DNA from: Lama glama
Taxonomy: Eukaryota
Direction of reading: 5' to 3'
Length of the DNA stretch: 64,000 bases
Assembly (NCBI GenBank): GCA_028534125.1
Contig: CM052832.1
Span: 15,874,001 to 15,938,000, forward strand
The notes beneath the pieces were generated by a model. The model saw only the letters and a list, made by a program, of their open reading frames with translations, did no database searches and was not told where the DNA came from. Below, in pieces: positions 38,626 through 51,575 of this stretch; positions within the stretch are counted from its first letter, which is position 1, and each line of letters begins with the position of its first letter. The translations under genes were made by a program, and so were the position numbers.

Positions 38626-41433
38626 TTAAGTTTCGGTCTTTCCTGAATTTCTGCCTGTGCCCCTGCTTCCCTGCCTCGTGCTCGATGTGCTGTTCTTCAT
38701 GTTGCCTGCTGTGTCTGTCTGAACCATAAATACTCCCACGGGCACTTCTGACCGTGTTTTCTTCAGGAAGACTGCCCATGAATTAAATATCAAACTCTCT
38801 TATCTTTCAGTAAAATATTTTTCAAAGTTAAATAGATTTGTGACTCACTTGTGTTCCTAATTCTTACTGAGTATGAAGGTGGTGGTAATGGGGAAACACT
38901 GACAAAGGAAAGGTCAGATTCTCAAGTTCAGTTATGTCCCACAGAAGGTCATATCCCGGCAAGGAGACTAGAAAAACATGGGTTGAGGTTCATATCAAAG
39001 GAATAACTTCATTCAGTCCAGATTCTTGCATCTTCCTGTACATAGAAGCATGCTAAATTTATTAATTTGAGATATTTTTTCTTGTTTTTCAAATTTACTT
39101 TAAATATTTCACATTAAATGAAATTTAACCATAGTCATTACAGAGCATTATCACAGTGGTACAAAGAACTTTTAAAATAAAAGACAAAAGAATACAACTT
39201 TCAATAAGTTAAATGCCACTTTACTGTGTAAACAAAAATAAAATAAAACCCAGGTGCTAAAAAGATACATATTCAGAGGTAAAAAACATACGAAAACACT
39301 TTAACGATATAATCCACAATTAGATTACACAAAATTTCACAATCCTGTTAAAATCAAAACCATATGGGATGTTTGTTTTTTCTTTAGTTATCAGTCATAT
39401 TTGATGTTCCCACTACCTGGTTTTTGTTGTTAAAATCTCCTGTATATCCTGGCTCCTCCCTTATCTCTTCGGAGCAGTCCCTCAGAGCAATCTCACAGGC
39501 TGTCTTCCCAGCTTAAGTCCTCAGCAAGTCTGCTGAATAAAAGATGTCTCAGCTTTTAGGTTGTGTATTTTTTTTCCCCAGTTGACATCACTATAGTGCC
39601 TGGTATACAGTATATACTAAATACTTGCTGGCTGGCTACATGAAGATCTCTGTTTCAGGGGTTCATCTGTTTCTGGAATCTTTTCTATTTTCTTTGGTGT
39701 ATCTTTTGTACTCCTGTGCTAATATCACACTTTTAATTACTATAATTTTATAATTGGCTTTGATGTCTGGGTGATGTCCTATGTCACCTGCCACAGTCTG
39801 CACCAGTGAAAAGGACACGCAGCATGCTGCCTCTCTACATCATGAAGTAAACTTTCAGACAGGAAAATACCTCCAAATTCTGCCACCAAAACAAACAAAA
39901 ACAAAAACATCACCCAAAACCCAAAGCACCTCCACATGAGTGTCTTTTCAGGAGAGGAAAAATCTAAGCATGTCCACGCTTCCCCAGAATGTGGCTGATT
40001 CGCCAAAGCTAGATGACATCCAAGATTATCCAGAAATGTACTTTTACAGTTTCACATTGTCTACAGTACAGGACAAAAGCACTAGAAGACGGTGAGAGGT
40101 ATATTGCATGCCAATCACCACACATGGGAACAGGGAATCCTTACAAATTCTCCTTCATTTCTATTAGTAACACAGGTAATTTCCAGATCAAACCCTCTGC
40201 AATGGGAATTAGGGAGGATGGTATTGTTCCACGACAGACAATGTACAGATGAATCACTTTTAGGTCCAATAGACCTTTTCTACTTAATATAACCACCACA
40301 AATTCTATTCCATCTTGTGCCCCAAACTCACAGCAAATTAATTTATATGTGATTCTCAATGAGAAATAATTGATTTGTCTGTCTCTTATGCACTATTTTA
40401 AGATATTTTTATGGCTTGCTTTTTTCAGTGAATGATGACTTGTCTGAGAACAGTCTTATAATTTCCTCTTCATTTTGTGAACCACAGGCTTTGGTTTCAC
40501 TGGAGAGAAGCCAGCATTACCACATTTTCCCTTTCGGTCTGCTGTGGCCAGGGTGTTTTCCAGAAAAGCACAGAGAAATCCAAATAACTCTTCTACACAG
40601 TGTCTTTCCCGACGGCTTTATCCACTCCAAACACGACGTTCTCCCGCTCCCTGTAACTCAGCCACGCTCGCTGGCTGCGCGTCCCTCACACCTGCGAGGT
40701 CGAACCCGCCTTGGTGATTCGCACTCCCGTTCTCAATGCCTGGAGCGGTTTGCTTTGGATTTTGAATGACGGCCTCGTTCCTGTCGTTCAAATCTCAGTT
40801 CAAATAGTGTTTTCTTAGAATGGCCATTTCTGATCACTCAGCCTAAAGTAGTTTCTTCAAATCACTCCCAGTCACTTTTTTTTTTTAAACACAGAGCTGT
40901 CATTACTCTATGATAAACCTTATACCTTATTTGTTTTCTTTGATAGGAGGAGCCTCGTCTTACAAAACACTATCTCCCTAGCCTGGAATATTACCCGGCC
41001 TATATTAGATACTAATATAGATAATAATGCTTATATAAATTAAATTCCACCTGTTAAGCCAACCAGTCTGGGGTATTTTGTTACGGTGGCCTGAGTGGAC
41101 TACTCCATTTCAATCAGCTGACTCTGAATCCATAATCATACATAAAATGACAATAAATGCACATGCTAAATAAGCAACTGTTTCTGTTTCAAGTTCTGTC
41201 TCTTCTTTGCAACACCACCATGCTCTCATTTCAAATTGTACGTCAGACTTACTCCGGTTGCTAACAGGGATCATAACTCTACACACAGGCACGGCTTAGC
41301 ACCAACTGTGTTTGATCTTAGCACTAGTCATCCTCTACTTAGCACCCCAGCTGCCCTTTGAATCATCTCCTACATGAGTTGCCTCCATAACAAAGGTAAA
41401 CACTATGTAATTAACCCACCTCCGGGCCCCAAA

Positions 41434-41465
41434 CACACACACACACACACACACACATACACACA
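41434..41465. repeat. (CA)n microsatellite
   Basis: ACACACAC run seen directly. Confidence 0.9.
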
Positions 41466-41789
41466 TTCCTCTTTGGTTTCACAAACACAAACCAAAACTT
41501 TCTCCTTTCATGGGTGAAAGTTTGGTACAATAAAAATTAGTTTCACCCAAATTTCCCTCCAACCCCAAATATCAATGTTATATTCTCGGCCTCCAACAGA
41601 GAACAGAGATTTTAACATTGCGTGGTGGGGTTTTCACTGCATGGAGAAGTACTCTACATGACACTGTAACATAAAAGGGAGAGGGTGGAGGGATCTGTAT
41701 GACTGTAAACCTTCCACATTTTACTCAAAGTGGTGAAATAAAGCTCTAAATAGGAATGCAAATTAAATCCAATAGATATCACTGCACAC

Positions 41790-42300
41790 ACACAAATGGC
41801 TAAGTTAAAAGAAAAACTGGTATTACCTGATGTCAAGGTGTGTTACAGCCCAAATCTCACATTTTGTTCTTGAGAGTGTAAAACAGTACAATCAGATTTT
41901 TTAAAGTCTGGCTATTTCTTATAAAGATAGACTTGCCCTATGACACAACAATACTGCTTGTAAGTTTTTGCCTAAAGAAATGTAAACATACGTCTACAAA
42001 ATGACTTGTTAAAAATATTTTAAGCAGCATTATTTATACTAGTCTCGAACAGGAAATAACTAAAAAATCTATCAACGAAATAATAGATCAACAAATTCCA
42101 TATTTTCACAGAGTAAAAAGGAACAATTCTCTCATACAGGCAACAACACGGATGAATCTCACAAGCGTCATGTTGGGGAAAGAAGTTAGACCCAAAAGGG
42201 CACGCGCAGTGTGATTTCCTGTATATGATGTTCTGAAAGTGCGCCTGGACGGCCGGGATCTGTGATGGTAACAATCATAGCGCGGTGCCCTTAGGGGGAG
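41790..42300 (+). mobile_element. Old L1 3' UTR fragment
   Basis: CCCTATGACACAACAAT...AAAGAAATGTAAACATACGTC...GCAGCATTATTTATA...CAACAACACGGATGAATCTCACAAGCGTCATGTTG. Confidence 0.7.
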
Positions 42301-43389
42301 ACGGACGGGACGCTGACGAGGGCCTGTATCACCAGAAAAACTGAGGAGATCGTGACCAGTACGCTACTATCAGCCACCACGCTGGAAAACTGCCATGTTC
42401 CCACTTTCCAGATCTGAGCCCGTTCTCGACCCCATATTCACTGTCTGAAGGGGAGACCAGGCCCAACTGGAAAGGTGCCCTCCAACATAAAACCACCAGG
42501 AAGGACCATTTGCTAGAGTAATTGTGTACCAGGTAAAGGAAACGTTTTGAAGGCTGCTGGGTACTAGGTGTGAGCGGCACTGGCACCAGGTGATGTGAGG
42601 GCCATTCCCACCAGGTGAGAATGAGAGCTTATGGGGCTCAGAGAGCAGAGCAAGCTCTGGCCTCAGTTGTCTCCCAGGGGATCCAGTGGGTCACAGACAC
42701 ACTCTTGGTTGTTTACCCAGACTCAAGCCATAGGTTTTTAGAGTGTGGGGTATGTTGGGACAGCATCTTGAAGGTAAGAGGGGCAACTTGTTCTCCCTAC
42801 AGCACTTGGGGGATCCCTTTGGACCCTGGAGGCAGCATATTCTATTTTATGCTTGGGAACACTGCTCTGACCCATTTATAGACAACACGTTTGGGCCGAG
42901 AGCAAGAGAGGGTTTTCAGCACATCCAGCCTGTGATGCGAGCTCCCCGCTGCGCAGGCCACGTGCCTGGCACAGCCGGCGGAGCCCGCGTTGTCCGTGGT
43001 CGGCTGTGGATGCGCGAGGAGTCTCTGTCAAGTCCCAAGAGGAGTGGCGGTGTGAATCCCCGCGCTTCCCTGGAGAAAGCCATGCCTGACAAGGCACGGC
43101 AAGTAAGGTCTCAGTCTTCTAAGTGATGAAAGCGTGTGCCACCCCATCAAGAAAATGAGTTAACCGAGTTGAAGTCCTGACATAGTGCGAGGGAAAGCTA
43201 AAATGGGAGGTGACAAATGTCAGTTGCAGCCTTGGGGCCAGCAGGAGCTGGCACTTAAGCCATGAGGCCTCTTTGTTATGCCTTTTGTGGTACTTGGAAT
43301 CACCCACAAGTTAAAGAGTCAGCGACACAGTGGACTTAATGAGGGCTGCAGTCGGGTCTTAGCAGTGCAAGTGGCGGAATCTGGCACCC

Positions 43390-43890
43390 ATGTCACGTCG
43401 CTGTGACCCAACTCTGGTTTTAGTTGCAGCTGCAGTAGAAAATTAGGATAAAATTCAGACTCATCTGGCACTGACAGTGTCCTCCCTAAAGCATATCTTT
43501 TCTTGCCACGCAGAGCTGTCTCCAATGTTAATGGAGGACACTTGGGCTCTGTTCAAATATAGCCCGAAGACTTAGGGGAATTAATGCCCCAGAGGCAACC
43601 CTCAACCAATGGGGAGCAGGAGAGCATAGATAAATGTTTAACACTCTTGTGCTTCAGGCAAACGTTTATGGAAGGTATTGTGTTTGCTAAGCCGGATGTT
43701 TCTCAGTGACATGGAGTCTCCGTTGTCCACGGCAGTGGTTGCAGTAACACGTGTGTCCTTTGTTTTTCTTCCTCCTTTCCTCTTTCACTGTTCCTGTTTC
43801 ATCACTCTTGTTTCCTAGGCCACCTCCCAGTTAAACCATCTGTACCCAAGCCCTTAGACTTGGCTTTTAGGGGAACCTGATTTAAAACAA
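43390..43890 (+). mobile_element. ERVL-type LTR relic (LTR16/LTR33-like), possibly with adjacent internal sequence from about 42330
   Basis: Typical end CACCTCCCAGTTAAACCATCTGTACCCAAGCCCTT...TTTTAGGGGAACCTGATTTAAAACA and internal GGCAACCCTCAACCAATGGGG. Confidence 0.55.
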
Positions 43891-45509
43891 ATGATTTATG
43901 CATTCTTGTCAAAAGCCAGGTTAAATGTAAAATATATATATATATTCTTGGTGAAACATGAGAAACACAGCATATAATATATATATATTTTTTATATATA
44001 TTATATGTATATGTTGTGCTTTTCATGTTTCACCAAGGATGTGGACCTATAGTTGTTTATCTCAGACCACACTTCATTTTTTTCTAATTACAATTTCTCA
44101 TCTCAAAACCAGTAACAGATTTCCAGGGAGATTTATTTCTCTGTAAATTCAGAAAGACAATAAATTAATCTACTAGTTTTTGCTTATGGGATTCTTAAAA
44201 TCCATTGCTCCATCTTGCTTATCCAACAGCCACGAGCCCCCTTTGTATTGTTTTGCAACTGAGTCTAACAGTGTAGCAGTTAACCACCCACTCTTCCTGT
44301 ATGCCTCTGTCAGTACATGCAAACTCTTCCTTTCACAATTTTACAATATATTAGGAACGTAATATGTTTAGATCCAGATAATTCTTTCCCTTTTTCCCCG
44401 TGCAATATAAAATTCAAGAGGAAGTGGTTCTGATGAGGCGCCCTCCAACTACAGGTCAACATTTACCCTTTTGTCAGTGCACATCTGCATGAGTGAAATC
44501 TGAGTCAAACACAGGTCTTCTGCAGGGCGCAAAAGCCTCATTTATTATTTTTAATTTTTTGTTTTGCCACTTTCAGTAACTGGCTGTACCAATGATTCCT
44601 TCCCCCATCTTTTTTTTTTTTTTTAAGGGTTTTTACTTTTCCATGAAGTGCTTACCACTTCCCTATTGTCTTGCTTTGTGAGGGACCCATGAAGCTACCA
44701 CTTCCAGTTTCAGGTATTTCCTAAACTTGGTACCTGTCACTTGCCTTCAAACATCACTGGTGATGTTCTTTTTGAAGCTTTGTCACTAGAAGACCTTTTC
44801 CAAGAAGGAGTCTCACCATTCTACAGAAGATGTTTGCTATTTTTCTATATCCCATCCAACAATATATGCCTCATGTAAACTTTTTATCTTGACCTGAGCC
44901 TGGGGGTCCTTTAATGAGGGCAAGATGGGCAAGAATCACCATGATCCTTCCAACAATCATTTTTCTCATAGATCCATATCCTTGGAGGGCATTGAATCTT
45001 AAATTGCTATTCGTTTACAAGCTCTTCACTTCTCTTAAGTGTAAGCATGTCACTTACCTTAAAGTATTCATTTCCCAAGTAAATTGGATTTATATTTCCT
45101 GAACTGGATTTGTATCTAGGAAAGCTGCATACATGATTCTCTAGCTCATGACCTGAAAACAATGTTTCATAATCCGGGATTTAATCATAGCATTTCTTTC
45201 AGTGACAAGTAACTTCTGTAGAAAGAGTTTCATAAACATGTGTGCAGAATTTAATCAATAATTAACTACACGGGTTATAAAACAGAAAACAGCCACCCTC
45301 CCAGAAGTATTTTGTGTGCATCCTCTAATTACCAATTATTACTAATTATCTAATTATCCTTTCCCTTAAGAAGAAAATACTACTCTGAATTTGTGAAAAT
45401 TATTTTCTTATTTTTTAATGTACGAATGATTTTGAATTTTTTATAAATACAAAATAATTCTATTTATTGTTTTTTTTGATAAATATTTTGTGAGATTCAC
45501 CATTTTTGC

Positions 45510-46235
45510 ACACCCATTAGAATGGTTATTATCAAAAACTCAGAAAATAGTAAGTGCTGGTGTGGATGTAGAAATTGGAAACCATATGCATTACTGTTAG
45601 GAATATAAAATGGTGCAGCCACTGTGGAGAACAGTATGGTGGTCCCTCAAAAAGTTAAACATGAAATCACCATATGATCTAGCAATTGGAGATATCGATC
45701 TATACCTGTATCTATATCTAACTGTATCTCCAAAGAATTGAAAGCAGGGACTCAAACAGCGGTGTCCATAGAAACATTATTCTCAACAGCTAACAGTGGA
45801 AAAACTCAAATGTACATTGATGGATGACTCGATAAACAAAATGGGGTGTACGCACACAATGGGATATTAGTCAATCTTAAAAAGGAAGGAAATAATAACA
45901 CATGTAACACGGGTGAATCTCGAAGACGTTATGCTAATTGAAATAAGTCAGGCACAAAAGGACAAATAGTGTCTTATTACACTTATATGAGATACATTGA
46001 AATTTACAGAGATAAAAAGTAAGTTGATGGTTAGTAGGGGCTGGAGGAAGAATGGAAATAGAAAGTTATTATTCAACGGGTGCAGGGTTTCAGTTTGGGA
46101 TGACACAAAAGTTCTGGAGCTGGATGTGGTGATGATAGCACAACAGTGTGAATGCGCTTAATGCCACTGACCTGTACACTTGAAATGGTTAAAATGGTAA
46201 ATTTTATGTTATGTCTATTTTACCACAATGAAATA
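45510..46235 (+). mobile_element. LINE-1 3' end (L1MA/MB-like)
   Basis: CACACCCATTAGAATGG...ATGGTGCAGCCACTGTGGAGAACAGTATGG...GGATGACTCGATAAACAAAATG...TTAAAATGGTAAATTTTATGTTATG...TACCACAAT plus an A-rich tail. Confidence 0.88.
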
Positions 46236-47869
46236 AGAAGGAAGGAAAGAAAGAGAGAGGGCAAGAAAGAAGAAAAATATGAATGCCTAATGGGAGACTA
46301 GCTAGTTTAAGCAAAAAGAATGCTCAGCATGGACTAAACTTGGTTCCCAGAGTTTGGACATTGAGACTGGAGTTTCAAGTCCAGGAAATACGAGTTATAC
46401 TCGTAGTTAACATATATTTGGGGCTCACTGTCTACCAGCTATTAAACTAAATATCTTATATGTATCACCTCGTGGGTCCTCTCAACAGCCCATTTTGTGA
46501 TTACTAATGGATTATATTGTATGCAAATTTGAAATACTGTGATGTTAATACTTTATTGAAATCTCAATTAACTTACAAAGTCTCATACAACTAAAGACAA
46601 CCCAAATTTAAATGTTGTCAAAAACATAATTTATGAGCTTGTGCACGGAGTGAATTTATGTTGTATTTATGCTACAGACAAACGACAAACGGTAGTGCCT
46701 ACAGGGCAGTGAGGCTACCTCTGCTCTGGGCCCTTTTATCCAGTCCGCGACCTCCATCTCTCCCTTCTCACTGATATTAACCCACATGAAAGAAAAGTGG
46801 GGGGCACTTCCTAAGACACAGACAGCGTTATCTCATTCTGTTGTTCTCGCTTCTAACTTGTGTCTCATCCTAACCCGGAGAGTTTCCATCTCTTCAGGGG
46901 ATGAAAATGGGGAGGATATCGCTCACATTATTCTGCATTTTGGACAAATCCAATATTTATGGCTGCATTTTTCTGACTTTGTGTCCTCAAAATACAATTT
47001 TTGTGTTTAAAGTACAGATTTAGACTTCTATTTTAAAATTAAAAACCTGAACATTGTCTCTCCCCTTTTTCTGTATTTTACATAGAAAAACACTAAACCG
47101 AGGGGAGAAAGCATACACTCTCTTCACTGATACTTAAATGGGTAACGAGAGAGCAAAAAGGAAGTACAGGGAGGGGGGAAAAAAACCCCACATTTATTAT
47201 GTAACAATATCATTTTGACACTTTGGCTGTGAGTATTAACATGACTTGAGAAACAAGTTAAACAGAGCTGAGATTTCTGCTAACATTACAACACAAGTGC
47301 TCCCATTCTTATGTATGACCCAAAATAACCCTATAAAAAAAGACAGAGAAAATGTATGCTCCAAGCAAAGAAAGAGATTTATTTATTCTTTTTGGCACAG
47401 ATATTGGATTAGCGTGACCAAGAACTAGGTGGCTGGGTAGAACGGTCCAGGTCTGCCTGTGAAACGTAGGTGAGGAATTGAAGACTAAGCTGGAAGAATT
47501 CATAAGGGTCAGTGGTCTTTGAAGGAAAATCTCTCCATAAATTCCACTCAAACAGGGAAACAGGGATGTGGATGAGGTGGAACAGGGAGCACGTGTAAGT
47601 TATATATCAAGGCCAAACAGGGAACTAGAGTCTGAACCATTCCTCTCTTTTCTTGTAAAGGCTGATTACCCGAAACAGCAACCAGCATGAGATTGTCAGG
47701 TCCTGTGCTCCCGGCCCAAGGTCAACCCATCTCCAATTTGCCCACAATTATTCAAACACATTTATGTATCCTGGATGCCAGTTTTCCACCCTTGCTGTCA
47801 CCACCTGTGGTAACATCTTTCCAGATCTTATGCATCTGATTCTTACCTTCCAGTTTTCCAGGCCATGAG

Positions 47870-48744
47870 TCACGTGGCCCTTCGGTGTCTGGAGGGACCA
47901 CCTGAGTGCCGGCCTCGGATCATGAGGACAGTGCCCACCACGATGCCCACGAGGCCCACGGCCAACCCCAGGGCGCAGACCACAGTCTCTGTCAGCTCTG
48001 ACACAGGGGTCGGAATCTCAAGCTCTGAGAAAAAAGAAACTTACAGGGTCAGAGGACACAGTATGTAGGGCTACTGTGTGTGAATGAGGGTGCGTGTGTC
48101 TGGAAATGCACGGGGCTCCTGGGCTTTGGAAGAAGAGTAAAGTCAATTATTAGAAAACGCTGCAATTGTGGGAAATGAAGTGGCGGCCCTGGGGGTTATG
48201 GGCTATAAGGCAAGGCTGTGTGGATTCCGCGCCACATCAGAGGGGGCACAAACAACGATGAGATTTAAACATACCCCAGTGCTTGACGAGCGGCGCGTCC
48301 AGGCCCCAGTGCTCCACCCTGCAGTCATAGAAATCGGCAGCGGAGGGAAGAAAAGTGAGGTAACTCAACTTGCGGAAGGAGTGGTCGCTCTTGGGGTAGA
48401 ATGTGGTCTCGGTGATACCTTCTGCAACGAAGCGTCCATTGCGAAACCAAGTGATGTTGATCACGGGGGGAAAGATGTTGTCCACGTGACAGATGAGGGT
48501 GTTGGGAATTCCCGGGATCACGGAAGACTTGGGAAACACGGCCACTTCAGGGATTTCTACAATGAAGACCAAAGACGGATTTGAATGTCTGTCAACTGTG
48601 CCTTGAGTCTTTGAATCATTTTGGGGAGCCCCCACACACAGCTCCCCAACTGCTAGTGAGCCATTTTTTATGTCCTTTTAGGCTCACTTTACAGTAAGCA
48701 ACCACCTCCGTTTATTTTCACCTGTTTCTTAGATCATATATATA

Positions 48745-48800
<56 letters not shown>

Positions 48801-51346
48801 TTACTGGCAGGACTGTCCAAAAATTTTAGCTTTTCCATCTTCTAAATGAGGAAGATGAATGTTATCTATGGTGACTTCAGAAGGGGTGCTGCCATCTTCA
48901 TCCACAGATTCTGAACTGTCCTCTGAACTGTATTGTGAATGTTCTTCTGATCTGTCCTCTTCTTCTGAATCACTGTGAAGCTTAGAACACTTTCCTGTCA
49001 TTGGGGATCCACTGGGCACAGTGTGTGCGTCTGTGTTTGCTACTTAGGCCACGAGGCTGGGCACATCCTCTTGCAGGAACACAAGGAGTGTCTCATGGAA
49101 CTTTGGGGAGGGAGATTTATATAGATATCTACAGATGGAGACTGGGTATTTGCTAGGAAATGAAATACGAAGGTGGAGGAATTTAGAGTGTAATGGGAAG
49201 AGCAGCTACCCTGGGGAAGAAAGAGAGACCTGGAATGTGAGGGAGAGTCGGTGAAGAGGCAGAACTGTAGACACTTACCATTGGTGGCAGGTGTAAAGTT
49301 GGAATTTTTTATCAAGATGTCCAAATTTCTTTTTGACATAACAATGTTTCTCAGGGCACTCTGAGTTTCAAACTTGGTAAGATTGTTAAACTCAGGCAGC
49401 CGCCAGACTACTTCCCTTTTTTCCAGGTCCACGTAGAATAGCTCATCGCCATCAAATTCAAACGTAAACTGGCCAAAGGCGTCGTATGTCTGGTAGACAT
49501 TTGTGCCGTAAGTGCCCACGTGGTCAGCTGAGGCGGGGCCATTCCAGAGCAGGAAGGTAAGAACAGGAAGGTAAGATAGAGCGGGAGGGGAAAGAACTTT
49601 ATTAAACACGGAAGCATAAGAAACTGTATTCCAAGTAGTGTAGATTCATATTTGGCATGGTCTGATATCAGTTCCCATTTCTGTCTTTTGTATCTTAGGA
49701 TTATTGAGAGGTAAGTGTTAAGTATTATCTCTTAAAAATGTTTCCATGTATATTGTCTTTCCCATGATAATGTATACTCCAAGAGGCACTGAGATGCTCT
49801 GTCTTGTTCACTTTGTACTTCCACTGTCCAGTAGGTTTCATGGTACATGGTAAGATTTCAATCATATTTGTTAAATAAATGAATAAATAATGAATAGATA
49901 ATTTTAATTCTTAAGCTCATGTCTAATCACCTAATCTCTTAATTTTTATAGCATTTATATCTTTCTTAGCATATTATGGAATTTAGTTACTTATAAAATC
50001 TGTTTTTTTAAAAAAATTATCTGTCTCTTATTGCAAGAACATCAGTTTCTTATGGATAGAAACCTTGTTTTATGCCAAGCACCCAGAGGAGTGCTTGATA
50101 CCTCACTAAATATTTGTTGACTTAATGAATCACTATTGGGAAAGGTTTTGAAGATTCTATCATATTCCACGTCTCCTCTATTTTCCTTGGCTTGGCTTTT
50201 TCACTTCAGGTTTCAATAACTGTTGTCAATGCCCATGACATAGCAGGACAAATGTCTGGAGAGGAGACTGAGATGTGGTAGAATAAAGCCACAGATCCAG
50301 AAGGTGCTGTGAGTAGGAAAGGGAGGGGCAGAGGGGCGAAAGAACCATCATTAGTCCGTTTTTATCCTCTCTTTAGAGCTTTACTGGCTGGAGGTGACAG
50401 GACTGGTAGTTTGGGTTGACAAGCTGAGACTAACCTACTGTAAGATCCTAGGTTTTCCACCATACATTATGCACAGTTCTGAAACAGATAAACAAAAGTG
50501 AAGTTACACTTGTAATAGTCATGCTATATCTTGGCATTATATAGTTCTTTGTTATTTAAGATGCACATCTGCATCCTTATTTTGATTATGTGTTCTTTAG
50601 AACGATGAGTCAATCAATTATTTTTCCATATGAGAAAAATGAAGATCAATGTAGTGAGCTGACTCCCTCAATGTCATTCAGCTAATTAATTATATTTCTC
50701 TAATTGCAACCATCTACAGTAAAATTCATCCTCCTCACCTCCCGAGCCCAAACTTGGAAAATATAAATTATGTTGGAAACCAGAAAAAATGACATGCTAT
50801 TTTGTATGTGGTGCAGAAAATTTATGGACTTGAGTACCCTAAGAAATCATGTAGACAAAATTAGTAATAGCTTTGAAAAAGTGTAGAGAGGGTTAGGAGG
50901 AGTAGGTTCATAAGTTGCTGTTAAGAGAAGCAATATATTTGGAGAAATAGCTCTAACATTAGGATCTACCATAAATTAATGCCGTAACAACCTTCAGGGT
51001 GTATTAGTTGTTTCTGATATTAGAAAGAGAAAAAGACCTTTGGTGAGCAGTGCAATGACATGAGGACATCATGAAATTTAATCTATGAACTAAGCATGGA
51101 TTTTTAGGGCTGGGGTTTTGGCTTGGAGGGAAAATAAACATCAGAATTCAGATTCAGGGGAACTGGGGTTTCACAGACTACTTACTATGATTCCGCACCC
51201 CATTCACTGCTGTCTCCACTCTCCTGGGCAATTCTAAATCCACACCCCTCCACCGTGCACTCACCCACGATGTCTTCACCTCCACCCGGGCTTATCATGG
51301 CGGCCAGAATGACGGCCCCTAGAATCAGGGCCTTCTTCAGGGACAT
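47870..51346 (-). CDS. DYA: MHC class II alpha chain DY alpha, complete, 255 aa
   Basis: Exons (minus): 51265-51346 ([27 protein letters not shown]), 49279-49527 ([35 protein letters not shown]...[28 protein letters not shown]), 48275-48556 (Ig C1 domain with both Cys), and 47870-48024 (TM/tail, TGA). Total 768 nt, no stops. 3'UTR intron donor at 47846 and polyA signals at about 47378-47387. The alpha-1 motifs match ruminant DYA as I recall it, rather than DQA. Confidence 0.9.
48748..48800. repeat. (TTA)n microsatellite
   Basis: About 17 perfect TTA units directly at the 3' end of the NOPCHAP1 retro-fragment. Confidence 0.95.
48800..48977 (-). pseudogene. 5'-truncated processed fragment of NOPCHAP1 (C12orf45) C-terminus in DYA intron 2
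   Basis: Translation [52 protein letters not shown], then a frameshifted LDSPASK. This matches the human C12orf45 C-terminus as recalled ([63 protein letters not shown]). It is followed directly by an A-rich (TAA)n tail. Confidence 0.8.
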
Positions 51347-51493
51347 CCTCCTCCAAGGGTCTCCTCAGGAGTGGCTGTTCTGAGTGGAGCTGTGATGCGA
51401 TCTTGCAAGGAAGGAGATCTAAAGAGGAGAACTAGCGGAGGAAACCAGGCAGGAGTAGGCCACAAGGCCTAACCCTGCTGTATCATGCTTCAG

Positions 51494-51575
51494 CCCGTCA
51501 GAGAAATTCCCTGAGCTGACACCTCAGTTGCCAGTTGAAGCGTTTTTATGAAGAGCCCTGGAAGAAGCCTGGAAA
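51494..51575 (-). promoter_or_regulatory. Class II S/W-X-Y module of DYA with degenerate Y box
   Basis: The minus strand reads ...GGCTTCTTCCAGGGCTCTT (W/S)...ACTGGCAACTGAGGTGTCA (X1/X2, 51517-51535)...GGGAATTTCT-CTGACGGG (Y position 51494-51501; consensus CTGATTGG). It lies about 150 bp upstream of the ATG with DQA-like spacing. Confidence 0.75.

Noticed and set aside
40140..40205. Exon-like segment on the minus strand between DYB and DYA
   Set aside because: Plausible AG/GT boundaries, but no recognisable homology and no partner exons.
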